A stretch of DNA of 64,000 nucleotides from Podarcis erhardii (lineage: Eukaryota): the NCBI GenBank assembly GCA_964252035.1, contig OZ176207.1, one strand, 5' to 3'. Of the stretch, positions 1 to 13,356 are shown piece by piece. Within the stretch, counting starts at the first letter, position 1. Every line of letters starts with the position of its first letter. The position numbers and the translations under genes are program-made. Under the pieces are notes generated by a model that ran no database searches, was not told the DNA's origin, and saw nothing but the letters and a program-made list of their open reading frames with translations.

Positions 1-1810
1 TGAAACCTCATCTCTCCCTTTGCAAGTAGGTTTGGGCGGCGGGGTGTGTGTGTCATTTTATTGAAGCCGATAGCATGTTTTCCCCCCAAGTGTGATAGAA
101 AGAGTGATATTTCTGGGGAATGCAATTGGTGAGGTAGAATTAACCCTTCTCTTCCCAGTTGCACTAAGTTTACCCTTCTATTATGCTTGCGGGGGGGGGG
201 ACTAAAATTGCTGTCTTGGTGGTGGTAGGGGAGTGAAGTGTGTGTGTATGAAGTTGCAGTGTATCCACAACAGTTTCTCAGGTTTCAAAATGGGCCCCTG
301 AAGGTTGTTCACCCTGATCTAAGATGAAATTGTAGGATGCTTCTCTCTTTTTGTTGCCCAAAGCAATGTCAATGGACTTTCTTGTACGTACAGCCTGCTG
401 CTCTCTTTATATTACATATTGTGGAACCATGCCAACTGGAATTTTGGTTATATTTTGGTAAAACCAGAACACCTTGTCGCGCCATAGGAATCACATGATC
501 TGACTATGTTTCCGTATGAAGGCCAAGAGCCTACCACAGCTTTCATATGTAGGGCAAAGGATACTTTAAAAAACAAAGTAGCTGTTAAACCCTGTAAAGA
601 GGTAAATTTCACCCTAGTTCCCCAAATGTATAGATGCCCTTTCAGTGAGCAAGGAATGCTCTTGTGATAATCTCTTCCCCAGCTTTTTATCATTGTTTCT
701 TAAAAGTTTTGCCTTCTTGAATCAGGCTACCTATAGACATTTATGGGAAACTTCTAAAGAAGGTAAAGCCTCTTACTGTGTTATGGCTTTTGCTTTCCCA
801 TTCACTTCTTTTTCTGCAGGGAAAATCTTGGGCTCACGTTGTTGTCAACTTGACCTAGTTGTAAAAAAAACACCTTAGTAATTAATTAATGGAGAAAATG
901 CCCAAGAATCTTCAGTGGCTTTCTTGAAGATTACTGTTTTTATCGCATGGCACATTTTTCATTGTTAAAGACTCACAAATGGAAAAGAATACTGTTTTGA
1001 ATAAAATTGGATTTCAAAGTACCATTTAAATGAATTTGTTTGAAGCAAGACAGATATTCTAGCCCAGCTAGTTTGGCATATATTCTCATTGCCCCACTTT
1101 TACTAGAATAGCATATTGGTTAAGATATCAATTGTGAACTATGACTGATATCCCTTGTTCAAACCAGCTTTGTACTTTTTTCTAGGTGGCCTTGGGCTAG
1201 CCAGCTTTTTTCAGCCTCTGGCTTATGGTACAAGGTTGTTGTAAAGATTACCAAGATAATATATGGGAAGCAGTTTAGGTATTTAAGGATTATAAAATAC
1301 TGAGTAATTTCCAATGTTCTGTTGAAACGTCATCAGATCCATACTTGTTTAATTGTTTCATGGTGTGGTTGTTGCCATATCAAGGTATTCCGTACATGAA
1401 TGCCTCTTCCTTTTGCACATGTGGAATATGATGCAGCCTCCTCTGTTCTTGAAGGGAAGGGGGTGGGAAACACAAAGGAAAAAATATAACAATAATTCTG
1501 CTAAATCCTTTGAAGTGTTAGACAATCAATCTGTCTGTTTGGATTTTATTCTGAATCCCTCTTTAAAATGCATCAAATGTTAGTCTGTAGTTCTTTCCTG
1601 ACAGCATCTGTGAATCTCTGTGGAGACATCTGTTCCACAGCTTCCCAGACACTGTCTGTGTTCACATGAGAAGAGCTTGATCCAAAGGCCTTGCTGGAGT
1701 GAGACTGTGTAGAGTTGAAATAGATAGACAGCTTGAGCAGGGTCTTGCAGAGCCTGAGTAGCAAAGGCCCTGTGGTGTGAGAGTGCATGTACGCTGCAGG
1801 GGCTTCATTT

Positions 1811-1811
<1 letters not shown>

Positions 1812-1855
<44 letters not shown>
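1812..1855. repeat. (CA)22 microsatellite
   Basis: Read directly. Confidence 0.97.
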
Positions 1856-1857
<2 letters not shown>

Positions 1858-3320
1858 AATAAATAAATCTGGATTCGAACCTTTTTGGGGGGAGGGCACT
1901 GTATAACAGATCAAATTGTTGAGGATGCTTTTTCAGATGCTTTTAGTAATTAAGCTAGTCTTCCATAGTAGTAATAATGTCCAAGAAGAAGAAATATAAG
2001 AAAACCACCATTTATTCCAGTAATAGAATAAGCAGCAAAATCAAGCAAGAATCACAAATGGTTGTTTACACTTGGTGAGCTCTGTCTTCCAATGCATCAG
2101 ATGAATTTTTTTAATGAGTAGAAAAATTACATTCTGAATACTTTTTCTGAAGAAAGTGATCTCCTGTGCTACACACATGTAGTTTAAACAAAAGACCATT
2201 AAAAAAAAAAAAATCTTTGTCTTATGTGACTTAACACCATATAGATTTAATACTGGCTTTCTTGGATAGTCTGCCGTGTCACTATCTTTTCTATCACAAT
2301 TGTCCCAGAGACCATTTTAGGAGAGTAACACTCTCTAGCTTTGGGTTTTAGAAACAGCTTCAGTAATTGTACTGCTTTCACAGATGCCAGAGGCACATTA
2401 AAAATAGGCTAGAGCTGTCTTTAAGGTTATGAAACGGTCTGAATTCACTCCTCGTGAAATTAAATTTAGAGTGGTTTAGACCTTAGAGTGGAATTGTAAA
2501 CAGTCTTCAGAGATAGCATCTTTCTTTATAGGGTATCTATTCATTTATTGTAGCACATCACTAGATAATAATGTGCTCAGCTGTCATAGGTACCATCAAT
2601 TAAGTTACAAAAACTTAGGAACTTTTTTGTATTGTGTCTTTTGTCTGAGCTAACACGTTCTATAAAAATTACAGTTTTAATGGATGATCTTTTGGAAAAC
2701 GTTTCACCTTAATTCTGTTGTATACTGTGTCGTGATCCTGTGGTGCTGATATCTTATTATCAGATGCATTATTAATCAATGAACAGCCTACCATTTTTAA
2801 TCATACTGCATCTGTATCCCACTGGTGCACCCGTAGTTTAATGAACCAGGTATATGGTTCCTTCTCTCATTTTCAAGGCCCTATAGAGTAATTGTTGGGA
2901 ACCCTGGTTAAGATCTAACTACTGCAATCAGAAGTAATCTAATGTGTCCCTACACAGAGAAAGGAAATCAGAGGCCATGTCCTTACAGAGGGATAACACA
3001 GAATCAGAGCTGTTGAAACTGATGAATCAAGACAATGGAGTGAAAATCAGATAATAGTTCTATACATTTCTAGATAATTTGGCATCATGTTTAATACAGT
3101 TGGGTTTCATACATATATTACATCAAGCTCAATATTTATAATAATTGTATCTTTTCAGATTTCTTCAGAAAGCTCTACTTCTTCTAAACATCCTATTTCT
3201 AAATGCCTTTGGGTCTCAAACATTCTATTAACAAGTGGGACCTGACAATAAAGTCTTAATTATTTAGAAGATTTTGTGTGCTTCGGTAGGAAACACAAAG
3301 TTTCCCTGAGCATACTTATA

Positions 3321-3546
3321 CAATGGTACCTCAGGTTACATACGCTTCAGGTTACAGACTCCGCTAACCCAGAAATAGTGCTTCAAGTTAAGAACTTTGT
3401 TTCAGGATGAGAACAGAAATTGGGCTCTGGCGGCACGGCGGCAGCTGGGGGCCCCATTATCTAAAGTGGTGTTTCAGGTTAAGAACAGTTTCAGGTTAAG
3501 TACGGACCTACAGAACGAATTAATTACTTAACCTGAGGTACCACTG
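3321..3546. mobile_element. Tc1/mariner-superfamily (Tigger-like) MITE
   Basis: 18-bp TIR with 1 mismatch (caatggtacctcaggtta / taacctgaggtaccactg). TA at 3319-3320 and 3547-3548. Homologous to 21664-21918 in the opposite orientation. Confidence 0.9.
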
Positions 3547-4592
3547 TACCTAGTTTCTCAAGGACACCAATTTGACCCTAGTACAATTGGCACTCAGAGT
3601 ACACCATTACGGGTATAAATATGATTTAAAAAGAAGTCTTATTTCTCATGCATAGTGGTCTCAAGGCATGCCCACCTCAGAACTGGAGGTTACTAGACTA
3701 ACTGCCAGATCACCTCTCATACCATCACTGGGCTCATGGTTTACCTATCTCCAGACTAACTACTTGTTATAACTTAATGTTTACAGCTCATTGTTTGGGA
3801 GAGCATAATGAATAGAATAACTTGAGCATTAGACTGATGACAGATCTGAAAAACTTGTGACCAGGAACTTTTGAGCTTCGGTTGAGTTCCAGCCCATCAG
3901 AATATTTGTCCCCACTGTATCTTGTATCTGTGCATAACTAAGAAGGGCACAAATAATTCCTGTGCAAACAATTATGTTGGATCAGCTTATGCCTAACATT
4001 TGTATATAGTCGTCTAATTGAATTGAGTGTCTAATCCCTGGATTCATTATCGATTTCCCTGTCTAAGTCTTTTTGCCCATTTATGTTTAGCACCCATCTG
4101 TCCCTCTTCCAAATGGTCAACTGTTGTCCCGTAAAAGGCTACAGATGAGCCTCCCAAAACAGGATCACAGCACAGCAATTTTGCCAACAAGGGGGCATTT
4201 GGATCGTGGCCTGTCTTTGCCACTGGATGAAGAGAGCTGAAACTATTTAGAGGTGTGAAAGGCAGGGCAAGTTGCTCTTCTAACCCTCCATGACAGAGAT
4301 ACCTAAAAAAAAAGAGAAAAGAAAGAGAAAAAGACAGAATAGTATTCAGTCAGGATATGGCACTGCTGTCTTTTGTACTAGTCAGAGTAAAGCAATAAAA
4401 AAGATCAGTAAAAACACTTGATGGAAGTTATTGATAGAAAAATTCTTTCTGCCCTAAAGATTATAAACCGAGCGTTATCTGAAGATGGATTTGTTTTAAT
4501 TTGTCATTGATGTATTTGATACCTGGTAGGATCAAAGAAAACAGAATCAAAGGGAGAAATACAAGCAGTACTGGTTCCCTGAATATTGGCCT

Positions 4593-4724
4593 NNNNNNNN
4601 NNNNNNNNNNNNNNNNNNNNNNNNNNNNNNNNNNNNNNNNNNNNNNNNNNNNNNNNNNNNNNNNNNNNNNNNNNNNNNNNNNNNNNNNNNNNNNNNNNNN
4701 NNNNNNNNNNNNNNNNNNNNNNNN
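4593..4724. other. Assembly gap (N run)
   Basis: N bases. Confidence 0.99.
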
Positions 4725-5613
4725 CACAATGCTATTTTGTCTACTGCTTGAAACCTGGTTAGCTGTGTACTTCTAATAACGTGGAAATCTAGTGAAAAAG
4801 AAAATATCTGAACTGGATTTTCTGCACTTGGATTAATTTCAGAAGCAAAAATACACGTACTCTTTCTCTTTTTTAAAAAAGCACACATGGCATTTCAGAT
4901 TTCTGTGGAATTATTAAATCCTTTAAATCCATTTTAGTTGCTTGTGCAGCATTATCTGAAGTATTAGCTTTTGTTTAGCTCAAGGCTGTTTGGATTCCAA
5001 AGCAAGGATAGTGATTGGGGGGGCCCTAAATTATCGGGGGGTTGTGAAACCCAACCTTTGAGAAAGTTCCCTGTGTTTGCACATGCGTGTTTATTCCCTT
5101 GCATTTGTTAGTGTTCCCTCAGTCTGCTGCTTTCCCCCCAGAGTAATTTCATCCAGTCAGACCCCATGAACCCATGTGATGACATCATAACATTAGACGC
5201 CAAGTAGATTAGACTACATGCTGATATCACTGATGGATAAGAAAACTAATTTAGATTAAGGCCATTGATTCCTTGACTGGTCACATAGCCAAAGCCTATT
5301 CAGAACAGTGCTTCCTTTTATAGGGATTTCTGAAAGGTGTGGAGTAGAGCATCTTTCAACCCTGATGGAAGTGTTCACAAACTGCCACCCACCCCTCAGC
5401 CTGACCTTGGACAAGATAGCCAGAGCTATCTAGCTCGACCCTACCTGCCTTGAGATACCTTCCTATACAAAAAGCAGCACTGAAGTCTAGCCCAGTTCCT
5501 TTTTGCTGCCACATATGGGCCTGTTGGCAGCTCTACTACGTTCAGCTGTGCTGCTTTCAATGCATTTGCACACAGAACAGAGAGCAAATACTATCACAAC
5601 AGACTCAACAATA

Positions 5614-5850
5614 GAGTCGTACCTTGGTTGTTGAACGGAATCCATTCCAGAAGTCCGTTTGACTTCCGAAAACATTCGACAACCAAGGCGCAGCTTCCGA
5701 TTGGCTGTAGGAGCTTCCTTCACTCATTTGGAAGCCGCATCAGACGTTCGGCTTCCAAAGAACTTTCACAAAACTGTCACTTCCGTGTTTGTGGCGTTCG
5801 GGAGCCAAAATGTTTGACTCACAAGGTGTTCAAGATCCAAGGTACAACTG
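5614..5850. mobile_element. Tc1/mariner-superfamily MITE (CAGTCGTACC-type ends)
   Basis: 23-bp TIR with 4 mismatches (gagtcgtaccttggttgttgaac / gttcaagatccaaggtacaactg). TA at 5612-5613 and 5851-5852. CpG-rich interior. Confidence 0.85.
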
Positions 5851-8800
5851 TAATTGGAAGGTTCACACGATCCACACACAGACACATACCATGTGGTGAA
5901 ATATCAGGGAAGAGGCACCATGCAGGCTAGCTCAGCTCCCTGTTCCCGCTGGACTACACCACCTCCTGCTTCAATCACACAAAGCAAAATTCTTCCCCAC
6001 TGTTCATCCATTCAGACGCTGTGGTAAAGGACCCCCCCTTTACTAATGTATGCAGGGGGGAGCTCCCTTTCCTACACCCCCTCACTACCTGGTGACAGCC
6101 CTTCCCCAGTGCACCCATACATGCAGACATTGGGGAGACATTTCTGATATACAGACAACTCCCAATAGCTCCATCCAGCACGGCTATTGATCAGGAATGA
6201 TCAGAGGGCCACAGGTTCACTGCCTCTGGATTAGACGACAAGTAATTGTTTATGGAGAAAACTTTTCTCTCTGTCACAAGAATTATGTGAAAGCTCAGTG
6301 ATTATTAGCAAATTGTAATCCATTTGCTTCTTAGCTTGATTTTTTTTTTCATGCAATGCAAGCATGACAGCATCAATTCTCATTGAAATCAATGACAAGA
6401 GCTGCGTTGAATGGATTAAAATTGTAATTCGCCCCATTACGCCATTGTTCTGAGTTTGCGTGACTCAATTTTGCTTTCAGTTGGAGCTTCATTGACCCCA
6501 TGCAGCATTTGCCAGCAAAGAACAGCCCTTTGAATTCATCTCTGGGGCATCAGAATGTGGCATCTAGTGGCAAGCACTGACAATGTGATGGGTTTTAAAT
6601 TGGGTATTGAATTGAATTTTTAAATTGCACTTTAATTGTGTTCCAGTTTTTTAATTATTTTGTTACAGTTTTTATTGTTTTATACTGTACTCCCCCACCC
6701 CCCCTTTGTGAGCTTCCCATAGAACTCTTGATCTATCCTGGCTTATAGACATGCAGCAAATAAGTTAATATATAAATAATGTAACAATGAGTATTTTTAA
6801 TTAATAATAACAACAATAGTCTCCAAGTGCAGGTATCCATAGATGCCAGAAGTTCAAAAAGTATTTAAAAATCTCAAACTCTCTTGTGCCATGAGATTCA
6901 CACTAAGAGATTCACACTAAAACTCTGAATAGTGTAGGAGTTTTATGCGTTTGAGAAGCTGTCAAGAAACCTCTGAACCAAACATGTGATTTGCTTGTAC
7001 ATTACAGACTGGTTTATCTAAAGATCTCAAGGGACACCTGAAATGTTCAGATAAACAGTTTCAGATGAATGAGAAAGTGAGGTAGCAGCCTAGGAAAAGA
7101 GTGTACTTCAAGGTTCCAAGCCCCTGAGAGCACTAAAGAGATACCAGTGTCAATGCATTCCATTCTGATTTTTGGAACCCTCTAGTATAAAGGTGCAAAG
7201 CTGCAACCTTTCACAGATCATTGACTAGTTCTTTTCTTTGAGCGGGCAGTGCTGCACTCCCCTTAACTAATCGCACACTCAGGAAAATCTCACCTGACCA
7301 TTTAAGGTTTATGCTCAGTTGAAGCTTTGTAAATTTGAAGCATTGAGAAATCAGTCAGCAATTTTAAAACAGCCTAATCTCATGGGGCATAACTAAATCT
7401 TGTAAAGACCAACTGACCTACACCCATGAAAGGTCACTTAGGCATGCGAACAAAGTACACCAACTCCAATGCCACCCTCAAAACGGATGAAATAGTACTG
7501 CGGAGCCATCTATAATCATAATTCCATGCTATTTACCAGAAAACATTCATTTCTCCCAAGAAACACATGTCTGAAATCCCTTGGGAAGTAAAATTGCTCG
7601 TGGGGGATCAGTTTGAGGCAGGGAAACCCCAGAAAGTGAAAGAGTGAAGCATCCCCTTCCCTTTACCACATTATTCTACGCAGCAATATTTTATAAACAA
7701 GAAGTAAGGGCTATCACGCTATTGCATGCAGTTGTGTATAACAGGTCATTTAGCCCTAAATCATCAGAATCCTAAACTAATTTACACATAAGTATCCTTG
7801 ATCTGTGGGAGAGCCATATACATTGCAGCACTTACAATTACTCTACAAAAACATGCTTATGTAAGTCTATCCATGCAACTGAAGTTTTAAAAGCCAGCTC
7901 AGGTTGGCTTTTTAAAAAAATATCCTCTCAGTAACTTTTGGCATGATTTCTGTTACAGAATGTAACAGAATGTAAGAGGCTAGAGAAAGATTGCGGGGGG
8001 ACTGGCTTTATTCTCAGGGTGACTGTGTCCCTCTCTTAAGAAACATAAACCATGGAAGCTGCAAGTTGGATTAGGACTGGGGAGGGAGATTTCCAAATCT
8101 CTCAAGCTGCTATCAGTTTTTTTTTTGGGGGGGGGGTTCATTAGGAAAACAGCCACCTTCATCTCATGCTGTCATCCACATCAGCATCACTCCCCTTCCA
8201 TTGTGGCCTTTTCTTCAGAAAGAGGCATTAATCACTGCTATAAACATGCTATTTTAAATATGCTATCAGTGTAACCTCCTAAAACCATGAAAGAAAGAGG
8301 AGAGCTGATGATGATAAATAGCAGTAGACTTTGACAAGGTTTAGTCAGTTTTGAATTCTTTTAAATTCCTATTCAGGGACATTCTAAGCCCCTCATACAA
8401 TGTATTCAAGCATATTAGGTCACCCTCCATGAAATGGAGGGATAAGTTCTGGAAAATCAAGTTTTGTAAAATATGTGGAGACTAGCACTGGTGATGAAGA
8501 TGCTCATGGGGGTGGGTGGGGGTGGAGTTAATGTGCCTGTCTTCTCTCATCACATGTGGGTTTTAGAATATCCGAATGGGGCTTATATGTTTACCCAAGG
8601 AAAGGGATACAAAGAGCAAGGGAGAGTTTGCAAATGAACCCTACAGTTCTGAGAATGGGGAGGCTTCAAATCGAGAAATTAGGTCCAAAATGGGATGGGG
8701 TGAAGGAACCATTTAAGGGACTGGCAGGGCTCCGAAGAATGTGTGGTGGAGGTGGGGGGGGGGCAAGGGATTGACCCAGGAGAGGGGGTCAGAGATTTGT

Positions 8801-9800
8801 GGAGTTTGGCACTGTTTACATGGCAGGAACCAGAGCAGTGGGAAAAGAAAGACTCGGGGTAGTCCAAGATGGAGGGAGGAGTGCAGGATGTGGTAGAGGA
8901 AAAAGAGACTGTGCCAGTGAGGGACAGTCTGATAGATTCCTCACTCCCACCCAGGAGGGGCTTGAAGATGGAACAGCAAAGAGGGCTTCCATGTAAGCCT
9001 CAGGTTGCGCATGCACACCCTGTCAGATGAGGGTACATAAGATGGCGGGAGGTTGTGGTTCCCCTGTGGTTGCAACTGCTCCACAGGGCCCAGATTTGTG
9101 GACAGCTGCCTAAAGGCTAGAAGCAGGAGTGCTGGTTTGGGCCCGTGACCATGGGTGCCCAGGGCTGTGGGCGCCCTGCAGTGTGTATGGCCCCGGTGCT
9201 GAAATTTGTGCCCAGCCCCTTCATGGGGAGTTTTGTGGGTGCTCAGGCATCCAGGGCCCCAGGGAGTCAGCACCTATGGCTAAAAGTTTATGCATGTGTA
9301 CCTGGAGCACTGTGGAAACTGCTGTAAGTGTGTTCTTTTGTCAGCAAAGAATTAACTATTGGACGTGTGCCTTCCTTGGCTGGGGATGCCCAGGGCAGGC
9401 CCCCCATAAATTCTGTCATTCCTTTCACCCATCATAAAACATATTATTTATTGTTAGATCAAATTACCACCGTGTCAGATCCAATGTTTTACCTAAAGAA
9501 GCAATAGGGTGGGTTGTTTTTTTCATAGCTTGTTAACTGTGATATATAGAATATTTTCTTCTTCTTAGAATAGACATTTCTTGCCTTAAAAGGGTGAAGA
9601 CATAGAATCCCTTTTTTAAAGCTGTGGAAGCAAATACATTTGTTTGCTTAACAAGGCTGCTGCTGCTACAAATCTAACACATTTTAAATGCAGGAAATGA
9701 AGAAGGATGGCCTTCTGAGTTTATAAATGTACAAGTGCATATTTTCAATTTTCTTTACAAAGACATAAAACTTAAAGAAGAAATGTGGCTGATTGTGCTG

Positions 9801-10276
9801 NNNNNNNNNNNNNNNNNNNNNNNNNNNNNNNNNNNNNNNNNNNNNNNNNNNNNNNNNNNNNNNNNNNNNNNNNNNNNNNNNNNNNNNNNNNNNNNNNNNN
9901 NNNNNNNNNNNNNNNNNNNNNNNNNNNNNNNNNNNNNNNNNNNNNNNNNNNNNNNNNNNNNNNNNNNNNNNNNNNNNNNNNNNNNNNNNNNNNNNNNNNN
10001 NNNNNNNNNNNNNNNNNNNNNNNNNNNNNNNNNNNNNNNNNNNNNNNNNNNNNNNNNNNNNNNNNNNNNNNNNNNNNNNNNNNNNNNNNNNNNNNNNNNN
10101 NNNNNNNNNNNNNNNNNNNNNNNNNNNNNNNNNNNNNNNNNNNNNNNNNNNNNNNNNNNNNNNNNNNNNNNNNNNNNNNNNNNNNNNNNNNNNNNNNNNN
10201 NNNNNNNNNNNNNNNNNNNNNNNNNNNNNNNNNNNNNNNNNNNNNNNNNNNNNNNNNNNNNNNNNNNNNNNNNNNN
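9801..10276. other. Assembly gap (N run)
   Basis: N bases. Confidence 0.99.
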
Positions 10277-10724
10277 GTCTGTGGCACTGACAGGGGATAC
10301 TGGAACAAAGCAAGTAATTCAGTGAGCATTCTTGTAATTATAAGCCAACCACAAGGTTATTTCAATGGTGAAAATATTTACTGTCTTGTTGGAAGTGGCT
10401 ACATTGCACTAGTGAAAGCACCAGCTAAACAGTTTGCTTCTAAAATGTCAGGCAAAATGTAACAGCAGCCCAGGGATATAACATCACCTGGATCGTTAAG
10501 AAGTGTTATTTGTGTGCTTGTATTTTTGTGTGTATGTGCCTGCGCATTCACACAGATACATGCAATTTGAAAGGTCACAACCAGCATTTTGAACATTAGC
10601 TATCCGAATAAATGTATCACTTCACTTCCACTGGTCACATTCATTCTTGTGCTAAAAGGTAGCATAATCAGTACATTTTTATCAAGCTCAAAGTTGTTAG
10701 AAACTAACATTTAAAAAGTAGGCG

Positions 10725-10836
10725 GTGGATCCAGAACATTAGGGTGAATATAGATCCAGTTGAGAGCAATGTGAAAAGTTAGGATTCTTGTGGGTTCAAG
10801 GAGGACCTAAGTGAAATTAATTTGCTCTGGATCCAC
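10725..10836. repeat. Short palindromic interspersed repeat (MITE-like)
   Basis: Perfect 11-bp inverted ends gtggatccaga / tctggatccac. Confidence 0.5.
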
Positions 10837-13048
10837 TCCTAGGCTTATAGTCTAAAACGAAACATAATTTTATTAGGCTGTCTTTAATGCTTAGTCATTT
10901 CTTGTCACATATATTTCGCAAGAAAAGAAGTTATGCATGCATTATATATTTAAATATTTTGACTGAGGGTTTTTAAAGGCAAGATTAAATAATTCCTGAA
11001 CCACTCCTTAAATCAAACAAAAATGTATTACTCGCATGAGTCGTAAGTGTTCTGCAGGCTCTGTAATACCAAACTGCAGCCTCTTCCAGTAATTTTCCTG
11101 ACTACATTACATTGATAAAATTACCTTTTTCTTGGCCCAGTTAGCGTGCCGTAGGAGTATTCAAGTTTTCCAGTTTGCTGGGTAATTAAATACCCTCTGC
11201 TAAGAAGGTGAATTGCTGTGAATGGTAAACTAATAGCATTGCTATGAGTTGTAAACTAATAGTGTTGTTGATTCCTTTAATTCCAGAGTAATTAATTCTA
11301 CCAGTGGACACAGAACATAGCCACTTTTTAAGGCAACAGAAATATAACGGTCACCCATGGAGCGATTCTTAGAATAATTCTAAAGCTTATCTATCAGTGA
11401 GTCACCCAGAGGACTTACTCTGACTCAGATTATCCTTTATTTTAATATATTTACAATGGTAAGAATTATTCAAAAATATACCCCAATGATAAAAAGAAGG
11501 AAAGAAAAGATTTTGACTATTAATAATTACCACTGAGACAATAGTTTCATCACAAGCGTCATTTGATCATGTGGGTATCGCATGGCACCTTGAAGTGCTG
11601 TATGTTCTAATAAAAGCACAAGGGGAAAGTTTGACAGTTGTATGTCCAGAGTATAATGGAGGTTATGCTCTTGTCATGATGTTTTGTTCGTGTGAAATGA
11701 ATTTCCGTCTTGCCGTGTTCTTTATGGTCGAAAATCGAAGCATTCTTCTTGTCGATTTCCAACCTTTTCCATCTATTGTTTCTGTTCTGTTTTTTATTTT
11801 TTTAAGATCATATTTGTCAAGTAGGAAGACAATAATTGGCAACTACTTCTGGAAGGGTTTTTGGGGGGCTGGGGAGGGGATTTGTTGTTGTTAATCCTTA
11901 ATTCTGCATCTGCATTTTATCAGCTGTACTAGACAGCAGCAGATGGGCATAAACATTGTTGGGCACATTGTGGGTACATGGCTATATTGCTTCTGGAGGA
12001 CTATTTTAATGTAAACTGAAAAACTGTATGCAGAATTTTGTCAGAAACCCAAAGAAATATTTCAAATCTGAACTCGTTATGCTTGAGTGCATACTTTTTT
12101 GGAGCATTTTGCTTCAGTATCATATATATAATGCACTGCACTCAGAGAAGTTTGCAATGAAAGTGTACCTGCTTCACAGATGTATTAGTTATAAAATACA
12201 ATTCAGCATTTTTCAAAGTTCCTTAAGGGGATTCTATAACTGACACCTTGTAAATATGACAGATTCAACAGGTTGAAATATGTAAGAAGAGTGAAAATGG
12301 GCTTGATGTGTACATGATTGAGGTGTAGCCCAAATAATACACAGGGAAACAAAGCTAAGTGAAGAGTGAAGGGTGCTTCTTTCACAGAATCTGTTATTCT
12401 TTCAGTTTTGTGCAGTATGCTAACTTACAGGTTCCCATTTGGTATATCTCATACATAAGACATATTCAAGTGGGTACCTGGACACCACCAAGTGGGTTTT
12501 GTTGAACTCCAAACACTTGAAAAGGCAGAAACCAATTGGAGCATAACAACATCCAACTAGTGGTGTCTCACCACCTCCCAGAAACACCAGTGGTACCTTC
12601 TTGCCTTTTATGATAGATAAATAAATATCAGGTTTTGGCTATAATTCACAAAACTCCATGACTAGTTGCACAGACCCTCTCCTTCTTTAAGCACACCCCA
12701 CCTCATACAATGCTATTTTGACTCACCTGCCAACCTATAACGTTGTAATTTCATCACATAAAAGTGGGATGTTTTAGACAGATTCTCTTCTAACCATTAA
12801 GATGTGTTCCAGTAACAATTCATGGAATACTGGTAGTGTGGCAGTAGTGCAGAAATTGAGTAGTCAAATCCCTACGCTTGCTTTACTCACTTTAGAACTT
12901 GAAAAGCTAGCTCCCCCTTGCACTTTTCCTTTGTGTATGTTCATACAAACTGGAAAATGATTGCATTAAAAAAAAAACACAACCCATCATAGTTCCTGTC
13001 AAAATGGGCCACATCCTCTTTGTTCCTTCTATTCATGTGTGGAGTGGG

Positions 13049-13356
13049 NNNNNNNNNNNNNNNNNNNNNNNNNNNNNNNNNNNNNNNNNNNNNNNNNNNN
13101 NNNNNNNNNNNNNNNNNNNNNNNNNNNNNNNNNNNNNNNNNNNNNNNNNNNNNNNNNNNNNNNNNNNNNNNNNNNNNNNNTTTAACAGTTTTAGTTAAAT
13201 TCCCATGACACTCTTANNNNNNNNNNNNNNNNNNNNNNNNNNNNNNNNNNNNNNNNNNNNNNNNNNNNNNNNNNNNNNNNNNNNNNNNNNNNNNNNNNNN
13301 NNNNNNNNNNNNNNNNNNNNNNNNNNNNNNNNNNNNNNNNNNNNNNNNNNNNNNNN
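13049..13356. other. Two N runs (13049-13180, 13217-13356) around a 36-bp island
   Basis: N bases. Confidence 0.99.

Noticed and set aside
1564-1583. aaatgcatcaaatgt (KCIKC) resembling the QCIKCQ finger of the upstream ZNF521 exon
   Set aside because: Followed at once by a stop (tag); no further similarity and no splice sites.
1573-1914. ORFs with VCVCVC runs (also near 18949-19223 and 39759-39944)
   Set aside because: Translations of (CA)/(TG) microsatellites.
9684-10462. Long ORFs spanning N runs (also 29326-30414, 56149-56557 and others)
   Set aside because: Artefacts of N bases containing no stop codons.
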